Source: Pseudomonadota bacterium
Lineage (GTDB): Bacteria; Pseudomonadota; Gammaproteobacteria; Burkholderiales; JBFMAC01
Assembly: GCA_040756015.1 (NCBI GenBank)
Contig: JBFMAC010000009.1
Location: forward strand, 20,104-84,103
Direction of reading: 5' to 3'
Length of the DNA: 64,000 bases
Below, one piece after another: positions 29,113 through 55,315 of the stretch (within the stretch, counting starts at the first letter, position 1; each line of letters opens with the position of its first letter). The notes under the pieces are model-generated. The model was not told where the DNA came from, did no database searches, and saw nothing but the letters and a program-made list of their open reading frames with translations. Position numbers and translations under genes: made by a program.

Positions 29113-29544
29113 ATGGGCTGGGTCGAAAACAAACTGGATTATGCAGGTGGCCGGCTCGAACAGGCGGTGGAGCATGCCGCGACCAAGCTCAACGAAGTGG
29201 TGCGCGACGGCATCAACCACGCCGGCGGCGAACTGCGCGACGTGGTGGTGGAGGCCAGCCGAGAGGTCGACGCCAAGCTGGAAAAAATTTCCGAGGAGCT
29301 GCACAGCCAGCGCCATTTCACCAAGGCGGACGTGCAGGAACTGGTGGACTACGCTGCGGCGCAATTCGGCGCCACGCTCGATGCGCGCATCGAGCGTCTG
29401 CGCAGCGAGGCTGAGGCGCTGATCGCGCGCCGCCAGGCGGAAGTGGTGCGCGAGCGCAAGCGCTTCGTGGTATTCACTTTGATTGCGGCGGGTGTCGTGG
29501 TGACGCTGACGACGCTGCTCATGGCGGCCGCCCTGATGAAATAA
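29113..29544 (+). CDS. Hypothetical helical protein with a single C-terminal TM segment
   Basis: Charged helical region, then FVVFTLIAAGVVVTLTTLLMAAALMK at the C-terminus. Start ATG 29113 just after the plsY stop. Confidence 0.5.
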   Translation: MGWVENKLDYAGGRLEQAVEHAATKLNEVVRDGINHAGGELRDVVVEASREVDAKLEKISEELHSQRHFTKADVQELVDYAAAQFGATLDARIERLRSEAEALIARRQAEVVRERKRFVVFTLIAAGVVVTLTTLLMAAALMK

Positions 29545-29547
29545 TCC

Positions 29548-30576
29548 TTAGTTGCTCGCAGCGGTGATCGTTTCCAGCGGCCAGCGCGATTTCACGGTGT
29601 AGCTGCCGGTGGCGGCGGTTTGCTTTTGCAACCGCAGCGCGCCGGCAAAAGCGATCATGGCGCCGTTGTCGGTGCAAAATTCCAGCGGTGGGTAATACAC
29701 GCGGCAGCCGTTCTTTTGGGCGGCCTCGGAGAGGCGATGGCGCAGCATGGTGTTGGCGCCCACTCCGCCTGCCACCACCAACTGGCCTAGGCCGGTCTGT
29801 TCCAGCGCGGCCAGGCTCTTCGCCGCCAGCACGTCGACGATGGCTTGCTGGGTGGCTGCGGCGAGGTCGGCGCGCGCCGCCTTGTCGGGCGTGCCATTTT
29901 TATTCTCCTTGAGCGCGGTGAGCACGGCGGTCTTCAAGCCGCTGAAGCTGAAGTTGAGGTCGCCGCTGCCCAGCATGGGGCGCGGCAACTTGTAGCGTTT
30001 GGCGTGGCCGTGTTCGGCGAGCCTGGCCAGTGCCGGCCCGCCGGGATAGTCCAAGCCGAGCAGCTTGGCGGTCTTGTCGAATGCCTCGCCGGCGGCATCG
30101 TCCACGGTTTCGCCCAGCAATTCATAATCGCCCACGCCGGCGACGCGCATCAGTTGCGTGTGGCCGCCCGACACCAGCAACGCGACGAAGGGGAAGGCGG
30201 GCGCAGGGTCGGCCAGCAGCGGCGAGAGCAAATGCCCTTCGAGGTGGTGGATGGGGAGGGCGGGGATCTTCAGCGCATAGGCCAGCGCGTTGGCAATGCC
30301 GGCACCGACCAAGAGCGCGCCGGCCAGTCCCGGCCCTTGTGTGTAGGCGACGGCATCGAGATCGGCCAGGGTGCAGCCGCAAGCGCTCAGTAGTTGACGT
30401 GTGAGCGGCAGCACACGTCGGATGTGGTCGCGCGAGGCGAGTTCCGGCACCACGCCGCCGTACTCGGCGTGCATTGCCACCTGGCTGTAAAGGCGGTGGC
30501 CAAGCAGGCCGTGTGCGCTATGGTAAAGCGCGACGCCGGTTTCGTCGCAGGAGGTTTCGATGCCGAGGACGAGCAT
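29548..30576 (-). CDS. tsaD: tRNA N6-threonylcarbamoyladenosine synthesis protein TsaD
   Basis: [16 protein letters not shown]...HLEGH...[10 protein letters not shown] motifs. Confidence 0.95.
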   Translation of the reverse strand: MLVLGIETSCDETGVALYHSAHGLLGHRLYSQVAMHAEYGGVVPELASRDHIRRVLPLTRQLLSACGCTLADLDAVAYTQGPGLAGALLVGAGIANALAYALKIPALPIHHLEGHLLSPLLADPAPAFPFVALLVSGGHTQLMRVAGVGDYELLGETVDDAAGEAFDKTAKLLGLDYPGGPALARLAEHGHAKRYKLPRPMLGSGDLNFSFSGLKTAVLTALKENKNGTPDKAARADLAAATQQAIVDVLAAKSLAALEQTGLGQLVVAGGVGANTMLRHRLSEAAQKNGCRVYYPPLEFCTDNGAMIAFAGALRLQKQTAATGSYTVKSRWPLETITAASN

Positions 30577-30630
30577 GGTTCGGAATTATAACCTGTCCGC
30601 TTCGGTGGATCCGGGTGGCTTGCCCCGGCT

Positions 30631-30659
30631 TTGAAAAAACGGGGGGGCTCTGGTAGAAT
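30631..30659 (+). promoter_or_regulatory. Candidate sigma70 promoter for rpsU-yqeY-dnaG-rpoD
   Basis: TTGAAA, 17 nt, TAGAAT, 35 nt upstream of the rpsU ATG. Confidence 0.5.
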
Positions 30660-30694
30660 GCCGCCTTTTCGCAATTTCGGGAAGGAATGATTTC

Positions 30695-30907
30695 ATGCCC
30701 AGCGTACGTGTCAAGGAAAACGAGCCGTTTGAAGCCGCCATGCGCCGCTTCAAGCGCACCGTGGAAAAAACCGGGCTGTTGACGGAACTGCGCGCCCGCG
30801 AGTTCTACGAGAAGCCTACCGCCGAGCGCAAGCGCAAGCTTGCCGCTGCGGTCAAGCGCCACTACAAGCGTATCCGCAGCCAGATGTTGCCGCCCAAGCT
30901 GTACTGA
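30695..30907 (+). CDS. rpsU: 30S ribosomal protein S21
   Basis: [21 protein letters not shown]... Confidence 0.95.
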   Translation: MPSVRVKENEPFEAAMRRFKRTVEKTGLLTELRAREFYEKPTAERKRKLAAAVKRHYKRIRSQMLPPKLY

Positions 30908-30909
30908 AC

Positions 30910-31356
30910 TTGAGCCTCAAAGCCACGATCACCGAAGACATGAAAGCCGCGATGCGCGCCAAAGACGCGCCGCGGCTTTCTGCCATTCGTTTGCTGTTGG
31001 CGGCGATCAAGCAGCGTGAAGTGGACGAGCGCATCGAGCTCGACGACGCGGCGGTGGTTGCGGTGATCGAAAAGATGCTCAAGCAGCGCCGCGATTCGAT
31101 CGAGCAATACGAGGCTGCCAAGCGTCAGGACTTGGCCGAAGCGGAGAAGTTTGAAGTCTCCGTGTTGCAGGCCTACATGCCGCAGCAGCTGTCGGAAGCA
31201 GAGATCGCCGGTGCGGTGGCGGAAGCGGTGGCGACCAGCGGCGCCCAAGGCGCGCAGGACATGGGCAAGGTGATGGCGATATTGAAACCCAGGCTGGCCG
31301 GTCGCGCCGACATGGGCAAGGTGTCGCAGATGGTCAAGGCCAGGCTGGCCGGCTAA
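30910..31356 (+). CDS. yqeY: GatB/YqeY domain protein
   Basis: TTG start. SLKATITEDMKAAMRAKD matches the usual YqeY N-terminus. Confidence 0.85.
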   Translation: MSLKATITEDMKAAMRAKDAPRLSAIRLLLAAIKQREVDERIELDDAAVVAVIEKMLKQRRDSIEQYEAAKRQDLAEAEKFEVSVLQAYMPQQLSEAEIAGAVAEAVATSGAQGAQDMGKVMAILKPRLAGRADMGKVSQMVKARLAG

Positions 31357-31370
31357 GCATCTTGCAGCAC

Positions 31371-31397
31371 AACCCGCGGCGCGCGGGTTTAAGTTTC
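31371..31397 (+). terminator. Hairpin terminator/attenuator after yqeY
   Basis: AACCCGCG, GCG loop, CGCGGGTT, followed by TAAGTTTC. Confidence 0.5.
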
Positions 31398-31401
31398 AAA
31401 T

Positions 31402-31429
31402 TTGAATCATGCGCCGGCTTGCCTATAAT
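31402..31429 (+). promoter_or_regulatory. Candidate sigma70 promoter upstream of dnaG
   Basis: TTGAAT, 16 nt, TATAAT. A GGACGGA...TCCGTCC hairpin ends right at the dnaG ATG. Confidence 0.5.
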
Positions 31430-31494
31430 CAGCCCATGCAGGGTTCAGCCAAAAGGGACGGAGACGCAGCCAACCTGATTTCACTGTTCCGTCC

Positions 31495-33303
31495 ATGATT
31501 CCTCAATCATTCATCCAGGATTTGCTCAACCGTGTCGATATCGTCGACGTGGTCGAGCGTTACGTGCCGCTGAAGCGCGCAGGCGCGAATTATGTCGCCT
31601 GCTGCCCCTTCCATAACGAAAAATCGCCGTCGTTCACGGTGAGCCAGTCCAAGCAGTTCTACCATTGTTTCGGCTGTGGCGCCCACGGCAGCGTGATCGG
31701 CTTCGTCATGGAATACAGCGGCATAAGTTTCGTCGAGGCGGTGAAGGAACTGGCGTCGGGCGCGGGTATAGTGGTGCCCGAAGAAAAGCGCGATGGTGGC
31801 GCCGAACCCAGGAAAGTGCCGCCCAGCACCGATCTGTACGAGATGATGCAGCGTGCCGCGCAGTACTATAAAGGCGAGTTGAAGCGCTCGGAAACGGCGA
31901 TCGCCTACCTCAAGCGGCGCGGCCTGAGCGGTGAAATCGCGGCGCGCTTCGGCTTGGGCTACGCGCCGGACGGCTGGCAGAATCTGGAGGCGGTCTTCCC
32001 TGCCGAATATGCCGGCCAGTCCATGCTCGATACCGGGCTGGTGATCGAGAACGAGCAGGGGCGCCGTTACGACCGCTTCCGCGGGCGCGCCATGTTCCCC
32101 ATCCATAACGCCAAGGGCTTGATCATCGGATTCGGCGGACGTGTGCTCGACCAAGGCGAGCCCAAGTACCTCAATTCGCCGGAGACGCCGCTGTTCGAGA
32201 AGGGGCGTGAGCTATACGGACTGTTCCAAGCGCGGCGTGCGATCCGCGATGTCGGCCGGGTGCTGGTGGTGGAAGGCTACATGGACGTGGTGGCGCTGGC
32301 GCAGTACGGCGTCGAATATGCGGTGGCGACGCTGGGCACGGCAACCACGCCGTTCCATGTGCAGAAATTGCTGCGCCAGGCGGACGAAGTGGTGTTCTGC
32401 TTCGACGGCGACGATGCCGGGCGCCGCGCGGCGTGGCGTGCGCTGGAAAACAGCCTGGCGCAACTGGTGGACGGCAAGCAGTTGAGCTTCCTGTTCCTGC
32501 CGCAGGGTGAGGACCCGGACAGTCTGGTGCGCAAGATCGGCAAGGAAGCGTTCGAGGCACAGCTCAAGGATGCGCTGCCGCTGTCGGCTTTCCTGCTGCG
32601 CGAACTGATTCAGCGCGTCAACCTGCAAACCCAGGAAGGACGTGCCAGGTTGCTGCAGGATGCGCGTCTGCTGGTGACGCAGATTGCCGCGCCGGCGCTG
32701 GGGCTGATGTTGCGCAAGCGCCTCGCCGAACTGGCCGGCGTCAGCCAGGAAGAGCTTGAGGCGATGTACCAGATCCGCAGCGAGAGTGCCAAACCCAAGG
32801 TGCCGCCCAAGGCTGCGCGCGCGCAGCCATCGGTGGTGCGGAAGTTGTCGGAGATGCTGCTATATCGTCCCGACTTGGCTGGTACTGTGGATACCACATG
32901 CCTGGAAGAGGCGGAGGGGTTGGCGCTGGCCGGCGTTAACGCCGAGGAAATTGCATTGTTGCGCGAGATGCTGGAATTTCTGTGCGCCCATGCCCATATA
33001 CAGAGCAGTGCGGCGGTGCTGGAGGGTTTTCGCGAATGCCCCGGTGCCGCGCGCTTGCAGCATCTGGCCGGCGGCTTGTTTGCCTGGGAGGAGAGGCAAC
33101 TGGACGAGGCGGCGCTGGCGCAGGAATTCGACGGCGCCTGGCAGCGCTTCCAGGAACTTATCCGCAATGCGCATATCCACCGCTTGCATGCCAAGTTGCA
33201 GCATGAAGGTTGGGATGAGGCGGACAAGGCGCGCTACCGAGAATTGCAGCGGCGCGCGACGGCTTCGCCGAAAAATCAGGAAAATAAAGAAAATCGGGTA
33301 TAA
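31495..33303 (+). CDS. dnaG: DNA primase
   Basis: Zinc-ribbon [28 protein letters not shown], plus [17 protein letters not shown]...[10 protein letters not shown]. Confidence 0.95.
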   Translation: MIPQSFIQDLLNRVDIVDVVERYVPLKRAGANYVACCPFHNEKSPSFTVSQSKQFYHCFGCGAHGSVIGFVMEYSGISFVEAVKELASGAGIVVPEEKRDGGAEPRKVPPSTDLYEMMQRAAQYYKGELKRSETAIAYLKRRGLSGEIAARFGLGYAPDGWQNLEAVFPAEYAGQSMLDTGLVIENEQGRRYDRFRGRAMFPIHNAKGLIIGFGGRVLDQGEPKYLNSPETPLFEKGRELYGLFQARRAIRDVGRVLVVEGYMDVVALAQYGVEYAVATLGTATTPFHVQKLLRQADEVVFCFDGDDAGRRAAWRALENSLAQLVDGKQLSFLFLPQGEDPDSLVRKIGKEAFEAQLKDALPLSAFLLRELIQRVNLQTQEGRARLLQDARLLVTQIAAPALGLMLRKRLAELAGVSQEELEAMYQIRSESAKPKVPPKAARAQPSVVRKLSEMLLYRPDLAGTVDTTCLEEAEGLALAGVNAEEIALLREMLEFLCAHAHIQSSAAVLEGFRECPGAARLQHLAGGLFAWEERQLDEAALAQEFDGAWQRFQELIRNAHIHRLHAKLQHEGWDEADKARYRELQRRATASPKNQENKENRV

Positions 33304-33344
33304 TGCGCGGTTTTTTCAACGCGAACTTTAACGGAACCAAGGTT

Positions 33345-35594
<2,250 letters not shown>

Positions 35595-35609
35595 AATCCG
35601 TTTTTCATT

Positions 35610-35686
<77 letters not shown>

Positions 35687-35739
35687 GATTTTTGTTTGAC
35701 ATTGGACTGAAAATCAAACAAAATTCGCGGTTTCGGTTT

Positions 35740-35825
35740 GGAGGGGTGCCCGAGTGGCTAAAGGGGGCAGACTGTAAATCTGTTGGCTTACGCCTACGCT
35801 GGTTCGAATCCAGCCTCCTCCACCA
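35740..35825 (+). tRNA. tRNA-Tyr (GTA)
   Basis: 86 nt with long variable arm and anticodon loop CTGTAAA. GGAGGGG/CTCCTCC acceptor stem, CCA end. Confidence 0.95.
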
Positions 35826-35847
35826 CAACACAGTGGTCAGCGGGTGT

Positions 35848-35921
35848 GCGGGTGTAGCTCAATGGTAGAGCAGAAGCCTTCCAAGCTTACGACGAGGGTT
35901 CGATTCCCTTCACCCGCTCCA
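35848..35921 (+). tRNA. tRNA-Gly (TCC)
   Basis: 74 nt with anticodon loop TTCCAAG, GCGGGTG/CACCCGC acceptor stem, CCA end. Confidence 0.95.
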
Positions 35922-35976
35922 GGTTGTGCGCCTTGCGCAAGCGGGGCGGAATAGCAGTACCGGCAGTGCCGGCATT

Positions 35977-36051
35977 GCCCATGTAGCTCAGTGGCAGAGC
36001 ACTCCCTTGGTAAGGGAGAGGTCACCAGTTCAATCCTGGTCATGGGCTCCA
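35977..36051 (+). tRNA. tRNA-Thr (GGT)
   Basis: 75 nt with anticodon loop TTGGTAA, GCCCATG/CATGGGC acceptor stem, CCA end. Confidence 0.95.
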
Positions 36052-36125
36052 TAGGATTGGAGCGGCAACGGCCGCTGCGGCGGAAATGCTGCGATGGGTT
36101 CAACTAATATTTATTTGGGGAAGCG

Positions 36126-37321
<1,196 letters not shown>

Positions 37322-37385
37322 CCAGCGGGTGGCTCGTAGCGGGTAGCAAAGCTACTGGCTATCAGCTGCCAGCGACTAGCTAAAT

Positions 37386-37461
37386 AGGCCAGTAGCTCAA
37401 TTGGCAGAGCGTCGGTCTCCAAAACCGAAGGTTGGGGGTTCGAGACCCTCCTGGCCTGCCA
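37386..37461 (+). tRNA. tRNA-Trp (CCA)
   Basis: 76 nt with anticodon loop CTCCAAA, AGGCCAG/CTGGCCT acceptor stem, CCA end. Confidence 0.95.
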
Positions 37462-37477
37462 CCCAACGGACAGGTGT

Positions 37478-37825
37478 ATGGCGGACAAGATAAAAATAGT
37501 GTTGGCATTGCTGCTGGTTGCGGCAGGTGTGGTTGGCTTCTATTACTTCAGCGACGGCGCCATGATCGTGCGGGTGGGCTCGGTGCTGGCTGGACTCGTG
37601 GCAGCGCTGGTGGTGTTCTGGTTCACCGCGCAGGGCAGGCAGTTTTATGCCTTCAGCCAGGAATCGGTCGCCGAGACCAAGAAGGTGGTGTGGCCGACTC
37701 GCAAGGAAACCTTGCAGACTACCGGCGTGGTGGTGCTGTTCATGGTGGTGATGGCGCTGTTCTTATGGGCAGTCGATGCCACTTTGTTGTGGCTGGTGAA
37801 GATGTTGATGGGCCGGGGGGAATGA
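37478..37825 (+). CDS. secE: Preprotein translocase subunit SecE
   Basis: 115 aa with 3 TM segments. [17 protein letters not shown] motif. Position tRNA-Trp, secE, nusG. Confidence 0.9.
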   Translation: MADKIKIVLALLLVAAGVVGFYYFSDGAMIVRVGSVLAGLVAALVVFWFTAQGRQFYAFSQESVAETKKVVWPTRKETLQTTGVVVLFMVVMALFLWAVDATLLWLVKMLMGRGE

Positions 37826-38358
37826 TGGCGAAGCGTTGGTACGTGGTGCATGCATACTCCGGCTTCGAGAAAAGCGTGATGCGCGCCCTGCTCGAGCGCA
37901 TCCAGCGCGCTGGCATGCAGGACCAGTTTGGCGAAATACTGGTACCGGTCGAGGAAGTGGTCGAAATGAAGAGCGGCCAGAAGAGCATCTCCGAGCGCAA
38001 ATTTTTCCCCGGTTATGTGCTGGTGGAAATGGAGATGACCGACGAGACCTGGCACCTGGTGAAGAACACGCCCAAGGTGACCGGCTTCGTCGGTGGCACG
38101 GCGACCAAGCCGACGCCGATCAGCGACAAGGAAGTGCAGGAAATCCTGCAACAGATCCGCGAGGGCGTGGAAAAGCCGAAGCCCAAGGTGCTGTTCGAGG
38201 TGGGCGAGATGGTGCGCGTCAAGGACGGCCCGTTCACCGATTTCCACGGTTCGGTGGAAGACGTCAATTACGACAAGAGCAAGATCCGTGTGTCGGTGTC
38301 GATCTTCGGACGCTCGACGCCGGTGGAACTGGATTTCGGCCAGGTCGAGAAGGCCTAG
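37822..38358 (+). CDS. nusG: Transcription termination/antitermination factor NusG
   Basis: [19 protein letters not shown]... and KOW region [20 protein letters not shown] overlap with secE. Confidence 0.95.
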   Translation: MMAKRWYVVHAYSGFEKSVMRALLERIQRAGMQDQFGEILVPVEEVVEMKSGQKSISERKFFPGYVLVEMEMTDETWHLVKNTPKVTGFVGGTATKPTPISDKEVQEILQQIREGVEKPKPKVLFEVGEMVRVKDGPFTDFHGSVEDVNYDKSKIRVSVSIFGRSTPVELDFGQVEKA

Positions 38359-38368
38359 CCGGGCAAGT

Positions 38369-38397
38369 GGGAAGAGGGGCTCTCTTCCCTTGTGTGT
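38369..38397 (+). terminator. Hairpin terminator/attenuator between nusG and rplK
   Basis: GGGAAGAG, 5-nt loop, CTCTTCCC, followed by TTGTGTGT. Confidence 0.55.
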
Positions 38398-38443
38398 AAC
38401 CGGGGAGGGCATGATGCCCGCTACCACCCACTAGGAGAGCAAC

Positions 38444-38875
38444 ATGGCAAAGAAAATCGTCGGCTATATCAAGCTGCAAGTGCCGGCCGGCAAGGCGAAT
38501 CCGTCGCCGCCGATCGGACCAGCGCTCGGTCAGCGCGGTCTTAACATCATGGAATTCTGCAAGGCGTTCAATGCCCAGACCCAGGGCATGGAAGCCGGCT
38601 TGCCGGTACCGGTGGTGATCACCGCCTACGCCGACAAAAGCTTTACTTTCATCATGAAGACGCCGCCGGCGACGGTGCTGATCAAGAAAGCCGCGGGCGT
38701 GCAGAAGGGCAGCCCCAAGCCGCATACCGACAAGGTCGGCAAGATCACGCGCAAGCAGGCGGAAGACATCGCCAAAACCAAGATGCCCGACCTGACCGCG
38801 GCCGACCTCGAGGCGGCGGTGCGCACCGTTGCCGGCAGCGCGCGCAGCATGGGCATCGAAGTGGAGGGGGTATAA
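38444..38875 (+). CDS. rplK: 50S ribosomal protein L11
   Basis: [32 protein letters not shown]... Confidence 0.97.
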   Translation: MAKKIVGYIKLQVPAGKANPSPPIGPALGQRGLNIMEFCKAFNAQTQGMEAGLPVPVVITAYADKSFTFIMKTPPATVLIKKAAGVQKGSPKPHTDKVGKITRKQAEDIAKTKMPDLTAADLEAAVRTVAGSARSMGIEVEGV

Positions 38876-38876
38876 C

Positions 38877-39575
38877 ATGGCCAAACTATCCAAGCGCACC
38901 CAGGCGGTCCGTGCCAAGGTGGATCGCAGCAAGTTTTACGCGCTCAATGATGCTCTCAAGCTGGTGAAGGAAAACGCCACCGCGAAATTCAACGAGTCGA
39001 TCGACGTCGCCATCAACCTGGGCATCGATGCGAAAAAATCCGACCAGCTGGTGCGTGGTTCCGTGGTGCTGCCGCAGGGCACTGGCAAGACCGTGCGCGT
39101 GGCAGTGTTTGCACAGGGCGCCGCTGCCGAGGCAGCCAAGGCGGCTGGCGCCGACATTGTCGGCTTCGACGAGCTCGCCGCCGAGATCAAGGGTGGCAAA
39201 ATGGATTTCGACGTGGTAATCGCATCGCCGGACGCGATGCGCGTGGTCGGTCAACTCGGCCAGATTCTCGGCCCGCGCGGCCTGATGCCGAACCCGAAAG
39301 TGGGTACGGTGACTCCGGACGTCGCCGGCGCGGTGAGGAACGCCAAGGCCGGCCAGGTGCAGTACCGCACCGATAAGGCCGGCATCGTGCAATGCTCGAT
39401 CGGCCGTGCTTCGTTCACGGTCGAGGCGCTGCGCGAGAATATGCTGGCGCTGGTGGATGCCCTGAACAAGGCCAAGCCGGCCACCTCGAAAGGTGTTTAT
39501 CTGAGGAAGATCGCCGTCTCCAGCACCATGGGGGCAGGCGTGCGCGTCGACCAGTCGAGTCTGGCGGCGCAGTAA
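38877..39575 (+). CDS. rplA: 50S ribosomal protein L1
   Basis: [17 protein letters not shown]... from ATG 38877. Confidence 0.95.
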   Translation: MAKLSKRTQAVRAKVDRSKFYALNDALKLVKENATAKFNESIDVAINLGIDAKKSDQLVRGSVVLPQGTGKTVRVAVFAQGAAAEAAKAAGADIVGFDELAAEIKGGKMDFDVVIASPDAMRVVGQLGQILGPRGLMPNPKVGTVTPDVAGAVRNAKAGQVQYRTDKAGIVQCSIGRASFTVEALRENMLALVDALNKAKPATSKGVYLRKIAVSSTMGAGVRVDQSSLAAQ

Positions 39576-39913
39576 GCCATTCTTTCGGCACGGTGCAGCC
39601 AGGCCGGGTCGATGGAAATTTGGACTGCTGGCAGCAAGGCAGATTGTCCAAGACCGCAGGAGCGGCCAGGCAGCAGGAATCGGAGGTCAGGTATCAGATG
39701 GCCGTGGATTTCGTGTTTGGTGCTTAATTGAAGGACGGTTCGGGTGGGCGGGATTTCTGATCCATCTGACTCTGGTTCCCGAATCCCGCGCAGATGGTGT
39801 GCCCGCGAGCAGGGGTGTTCGAACAGCAATGTTCTCTCCTCCTTGTCTTGAGGACGCGTGTGTTAACGATGGAATGTCCGCGTGGATATTCCGCTTGAAG
39901 ATGGAGGAAGACT
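39576..39913 (+). promoter_or_regulatory. rplJ upstream region (338 nt): expected rplJL promoter plus L10(L12)4 autoregulatory leader
   Basis: Unusually long non-coding gap with several stem-loops (for example GCGGGATT...AATCCCGC). Function inferred from the E. coli paradigm only. Confidence 0.45.
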
Positions 39914-40408
39914 TTGGGTCTCAATCTGCAGGAAAAGCAGGCCGTGGTGACTGAGGTGAGTGCGCAGCTGGCGCAAGCCCAGACCATCGTCCTGGCTGAG
40001 TATCGTGGCATCGAAGTCGGCGACATCACCCAGTTGCGCGCCAATGCGCGCAAGTCCGGGGTGTATTTCCGCGTGTTGAAAAACACGCTGGCGCGCCGCG
40101 CGGTGCAAGGCACTCAGTTTGAGGGGCTGGCAGACAAAATGATCGGGCCGCTGGCATACAGCATCAGCCCGGATCCGGTGGCCGCCGCCAAGGTGGTGCA
40201 CGAGTTTGCCAAGGCCAACGAGAAGCTGGTGATCAAGGCGGGCTTCTACAACGGCAAGGTGCTGGATGTGAAGGGCGTGAGTGCGCTGGCAACCGTGCCG
40301 AGCAAGGAGGTGTTGCTGGCGCAACTGCTCGGTTTGTTGCAATCGCCGGTTTCCGGCCTTGCGCGCGTGCTCGCCGCCGTCGCGGAGAAAAAAGCTTCTG
40401 CCGCTTGA
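39914..40408 (+). CDS. rplJ: 50S ribosomal protein L10
   Basis: TTG start with [24 protein letters not shown]...[14 protein letters not shown]. Confidence 0.95.
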   Translation: MGLNLQEKQAVVTEVSAQLAQAQTIVLAEYRGIEVGDITQLRANARKSGVYFRVLKNTLARRAVQGTQFEGLADKMIGPLAYSISPDPVAAAKVVHEFAKANEKLVIKAGFYNGKVLDVKGVSALATVPSKEVLLAQLLGLLQSPVSGLARVLAAVAEKKASAA

Positions 40409-40450
40409 TCGCTTTCAAACTTTCGAACTTTTAAATTTAGGAAGACCAAC

Positions 40451-40831
40451 ATGGCATTCGATAAAGACGCATTTTTGCAAGCCCTAGACGGCATGTCCGT
40501 CCTGGAACTCAATGAACTGGTGAAGGCAGTGGAAGAGAAGTTCGGCGTTTCCGCTGCCGCCATGGCGGCGCCTGCTGCTGCGGGCGGCGGTGCTGGCGGT
40601 GCTGCCGCTGCGGCCGAGCAGACTGAGTTCAACGTGATCCTCACCGCAGCCGGCGCCAACAAGGTCAGCGTCATCAAGGTGGTGCGCGAGATCACCGGCC
40701 TCGGCCTCAAGGAAGCCAAGGACTTGGTGGACGGTGCGCCGAAGCCGGTGAAGGAAGGTGTGCCCAAGGCCGACGCCGACGCGATGAAGAAGAAGCTGGA
40801 AGAAGCAGGCGCAAGCTGCGAGATCAAGTAA
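40451..40831 (+). CDS. rplL: 50S ribosomal protein L7/L12
   Basis: Ala-rich hinge, then [25 protein letters not shown]. Confidence 0.97.
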   Translation: MAFDKDAFLQALDGMSVLELNELVKAVEEKFGVSAAAMAAPAAAGGGAGGAAAAAEQTEFNVILTAAGANKVSVIKVVREITGLGLKEAKDLVDGAPKPVKEGVPKADADAMKKKLEEAGASCEIK

Positions 40832-40864
40832 CTTTGCAGCGCATTGCGCTTCGTAACGGGAGGC

Positions 40865-40899
40865 AGGCTGGCGGAAACACCGCCAGCCTTTCCCATTTC
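40865..40899 (+). terminator. rplL-rpoB intergenic attenuator-like hairpin
   Basis: AGGCTGGCGG, AAACA loop, CCGCCAGCCT (10 bp perfect), then TTCCCATTTC. Position is analogous to the E. coli rplL-rpoB attenuator. Confidence 0.55.
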
Positions 40900-40970
40900 A
40901 AGAGGTCATGCGTGAGGCGATGCGAGCGTCGCCTGATCACTGACTTCTGCCGTCTCACTGTGGAGTAACC

Positions 40971-45047
<4,077 letters not shown>

Positions 45048-45077
45048 TCATCCCCGCCACGGCCACGAGGAGTAAAC

Positions 45078-49309
<4,232 letters not shown>

Positions 49310-49313
<4 letters not shown>

Positions 49314-49338
49314 CAGGGGGGGCTAGGCCCCTTAGAAT
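49310..49338 (+). promoter_or_regulatory. Candidate sigma70 promoter overlapping the rpoC stop codon (str operon promoter?)
   Basis: TTGACA (49310-49315), 17 nt, TAGAAT (49333-49338). Confidence 0.45.
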
Positions 49339-49380
49339 CCGCAGTCTTTTTTAGCCGAGAAGTGTGGGCTGCGAACAACG

Positions 49381-49412
49381 CGGGACGGCATCATTGCCGT
49401 CCCGGGTTTTTT
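49381..49412 (+). terminator. Strong intrinsic-terminator-like hairpin between rpoC and rpsL
   Basis: CGGGACGGCA, TCAT loop, TGCCGTCCCG (10 bp perfect), then GGTTTTTT. Ends 26 nt before the rpsL ATG. Confidence 0.75.
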
Positions 49413-49437
49413 GAGAGTTGAGTTTTCAGGGAAAAAC

Positions 49438-49815
49438 ATGCCAACGATTAACCAGTTAGTGCGTACCGGGCGTTCTTCGCCGCGCACCAAGAGCAAAGTG
49501 CCGGCGCTGGCGGGCAGTCCGCAAAAGCGCGGCGTGTGCACGCGCGTGTACACCACCACGCCGAAAAAGCCGAACTCGGCGCTGCGCAAGGTGGCCAAGG
49601 TGCGCCTGACCAACGGTTTTGAGGTTATTTCCTACATCGGCGGCGAAGGACACAACCTGCAGGAGCACTCGGTGGTACTGATCCGCGGTGGCCGGGTGAA
49701 GGACTTGCCGGGCGTGCGTTACCACATGGTGCGCGGCAGCCTGGATACCGCAGGCGTGAAGGATCGCAAGCAGGCGCGTTCCAAGTACGGCGCCAAGCGC
49801 CCGAAGGCCGCGTAA
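49438..49815 (+). CDS. rpsL: 30S ribosomal protein S12
   Basis: [12 protein letters not shown]...[19 protein letters not shown]. Confidence 0.97.
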   Translation: MPTINQLVRTGRSSPRTKSKVPALAGSPQKRGVCTRVYTTTPKKPNSALRKVAKVRLTNGFEVISYIGGEGHNLQEHSVVLIRGGRVKDLPGVRYHMVRGSLDTAGVKDRKQARSKYGAKRPKAA

Positions 49816-49847
49816 CTGGAATCAACGGAACAGATTAGAGGTTAGCT

Positions 49848-50318
49848 ATGCCAAGACGTAGGGAAGTGCCGAAGCGCGAAATTCTGCCGGATCCGAAATA
49901 CGGCAACCAGGATGTGGCCAAGTTCGTCAACACGTTGATGACGCGCGGCAAGAAGTCGGTCGCCGAGCGCATCATTTACGGCGCCCTGGAACAGATCGCG
50001 AAGAAAACCGGCAAGGACCCGATCGAAGTGTTTTCCCAGGCGCTGGCCAATGCCAAGCCCATGGTGGAAGTAAAGAGCCGCCGCGTCGGTGGCGCCAACT
50101 ACCAGGTGCCGGTGGAAGTTCGCCCGGTGCGGCGCATGGCCCTGGCGATGCGCTGGCTGCGCGACTCCGCACGCAAGCGCGGCGAGAAGTCGATGGGCGC
50201 GCGCCTGGCCGGCGAGTTGCTGGAGGCGTCGGAAGGCCGCGGCGGTGCGATCAAGAAGCGCGAGGAAGTGCACCGCATGGCGGAGGCCAACAAGGCATTC
50301 GCGCATTATCGTTTTTAA
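49848..50318 (+). CDS. rpsG: 30S ribosomal protein S7
   Basis: [19 protein letters not shown]... Confidence 0.97.
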   Translation: MPRRREVPKREILPDPKYGNQDVAKFVNTLMTRGKKSVAERIIYGALEQIAKKTGKDPIEVFSQALANAKPMVEVKSRRVGGANYQVPVEVRPVRRMALAMRWLRDSARKRGEKSMGARLAGELLEASEGRGGAIKKREEVHRMAEANKAFAHYRF

Positions 50319-50341
50319 TTTAAGAAGACTGGATTTTAGCC

Positions 50342-52432
<2,091 letters not shown>

Positions 52433-52438
52433 CGAGGT

Positions 52439-53634
<1,196 letters not shown>

Positions 53635-53636
53635 AG

Positions 53637-53951
53637 ATGAGCATGCAAAGCCAAAAAATCCGCATCCGCCTGAAGGCGTTCGACTATCGTCTGATTGACC
53701 AGTCGGCGCTGGAAATTGTCGACACCGCCAAGCGCACCGGCGCCGTGGTCAAGGGCCCCGTGCCGCTACCGACGCGCATCGAGCGCTTCGACGTGCTGCG
53801 CAGCCCGCATGTCAACAAGACCTCGCGCGACCAGTTCGAGATCCGTACGCATCTGCGTTTGATGGACATCATCGACCCCACCGACAAGACCGTAGATGCG
53901 CTGATGAAACTCGATCTGCCCGCGGGCGTGGATGTAGAAATCAAGTTGTAA
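53637..53951 (+). CDS. rpsJ: 30S ribosomal protein S10
   Basis: [18 protein letters not shown]... Alternative start ATG 53643. Confidence 0.95.
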   Translation: MSMQSQKIRIRLKAFDYRLIDQSALEIVDTAKRTGAVVKGPVPLPTRIERFDVLRSPHVNKTSRDQFEIRTHLRLMDIIDPTDKTVDALMKLDLPAGVDVEIKL

Positions 53952-54037
53952 CAGGAGGACGCGGGCATTGCCCCGCGACTTCTGAATTTAAAACTGCCGG
54001 CCAATTGTAGTCGGCGCCTTTGATAAAGGGTAAGAAA

Positions 54038-54682
54038 ATGAGCTTAGGACTTGTCGGTCGCAAGATTGGCATGACTCGCATTTTTACCGAGGACGGCAGC
54101 ACCGTTCCGGTGACGGTGCTGGACGTGTCCAACAATCGCGTCACCCAGATCAAGACCCCCGAAACCGACGGCTATGTCGCGGTGCAGGTGGCGTTCGGCA
54201 AGCGCCGCGCCTCGCGCGTGAACAAGGCGGCGGCCGGACATTTCGCCAAGGCCGGCGTCGAGGCGGGCCATATCCTCAACGAATTCCGCGTGTCCAGCGA
54301 AGAGCTGGGCAAGCTGCAACTTGGCGGCACCATTGGTGTTGACCTGTTCCAGGTCGGCCAGAAGGTGGACGTCACCGGTACCTCGCACGGTAAGGGCTTT
54401 ACCGGTGCGATCAGGCGCCACAACTTCTCCTCCAACCGTGCCAGTCACGGCAACTCCAAGTCGCACAATGTGCCCGGCTCGATCGGCATGGCGCAGGATC
54501 CGGGCCGCGTGTTCCCGGGCAAGCGCATGGCGGGCCACTACGGCGACGTCACCAGCACCGTGCAAAGCCTGGAAATCGTGCGCATTGACAGCGAACGTCA
54601 ACTGCTGCTGCTCAAGGGCGCTGTGCCGGGTAGCAAGGGCGGCGACGTGATCGTGCGTCCTGCGATCAAGGCAAAGAAATAA
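54038..54682 (+). CDS. rplC: 50S ribosomal protein L3
   Basis: [20 protein letters not shown]... from ATG 54038. Confidence 0.95.
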   Translation: MSLGLVGRKIGMTRIFTEDGSTVPVTVLDVSNNRVTQIKTPETDGYVAVQVAFGKRRASRVNKAAAGHFAKAGVEAGHILNEFRVSSEELGKLQLGGTIGVDLFQVGQKVDVTGTSHGKGFTGAIRRHNFSSNRASHGNSKSHNVPGSIGMAQDPGRVFPGKRMAGHYGDVTSTVQSLEIVRIDSERQLLLLKGAVPGSKGGDVIVRPAIKAKK

Positions 54683-54694
54683 GGGGCCGCCGAG

Positions 54695-55315
54695 ATGGAA
54701 CTGAAACTGATCAACGACAAAGGCGAGAAGACGGCCAGCGTGACCGCTTCCGACACCTTGTTCGGACGTGAATTCAACGAAGCGCTGGTGCACCAGGTCA
54801 TTGTCGCCTACCAGGCCAATGCCCGTTCAGGCAACCGCGCGCAGAAGGGGCGCTCCGATGTCGCCAAGAGCACGCGCAAGCCGTGGCGTCAGAAGGGCAC
54901 CGGCCGCGCCCGTGCCGGTATGGCGTCGAGCCCGTTGTGGCGAGGCGGCGGCAAGATTTTCCCGAACAGCCCGGACGAAAATTTCAGTCACAAGCTGAAT
55001 CGCAAGATGTACCGCGCCGGTGTGTGTTCCATCCTGTCGCAGCTGGCGCGCGAAGGCCGCATTGCGGTGGTGGACAACTTCACCGTGGAAGCGCCCAAGA
55101 CCAGGCTGCTGGCGCAGAAGGTGAAGAGCATGGGCTTCGACAACGTCCTCATCATCACCGACAACTGTGACGACAACCTGCTGCTGTCCGCGCGCAACCT
55201 GGCCAACGTGCTGGTGCTGGAACCGAAGGAGGCCGACCCGGTGAGCCTGGTGCGCTTTTCCAACGTGTTGCTGACGCGCGGCGCAGTGGCGAAAATCGAG
55301 GAGATGCTGGCATGA
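54695..55315 (+). CDS. rplD: 50S ribosomal protein L4
   Basis: S10-operon order. ...[14 protein letters not shown]... Confidence 0.95.
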   Translation: MELKLINDKGEKTASVTASDTLFGREFNEALVHQVIVAYQANARSGNRAQKGRSDVAKSTRKPWRQKGTGRARAGMASSPLWRGGGKIFPNSPDENFSHKLNRKMYRAGVCSILSQLAREGRIAVVDNFTVEAPKTRLLAQKVKSMGFDNVLIITDNCDDNLLLSARNLANVLVLEPKEADPVSLVRFSNVLLTRGAVAKIEEMLA

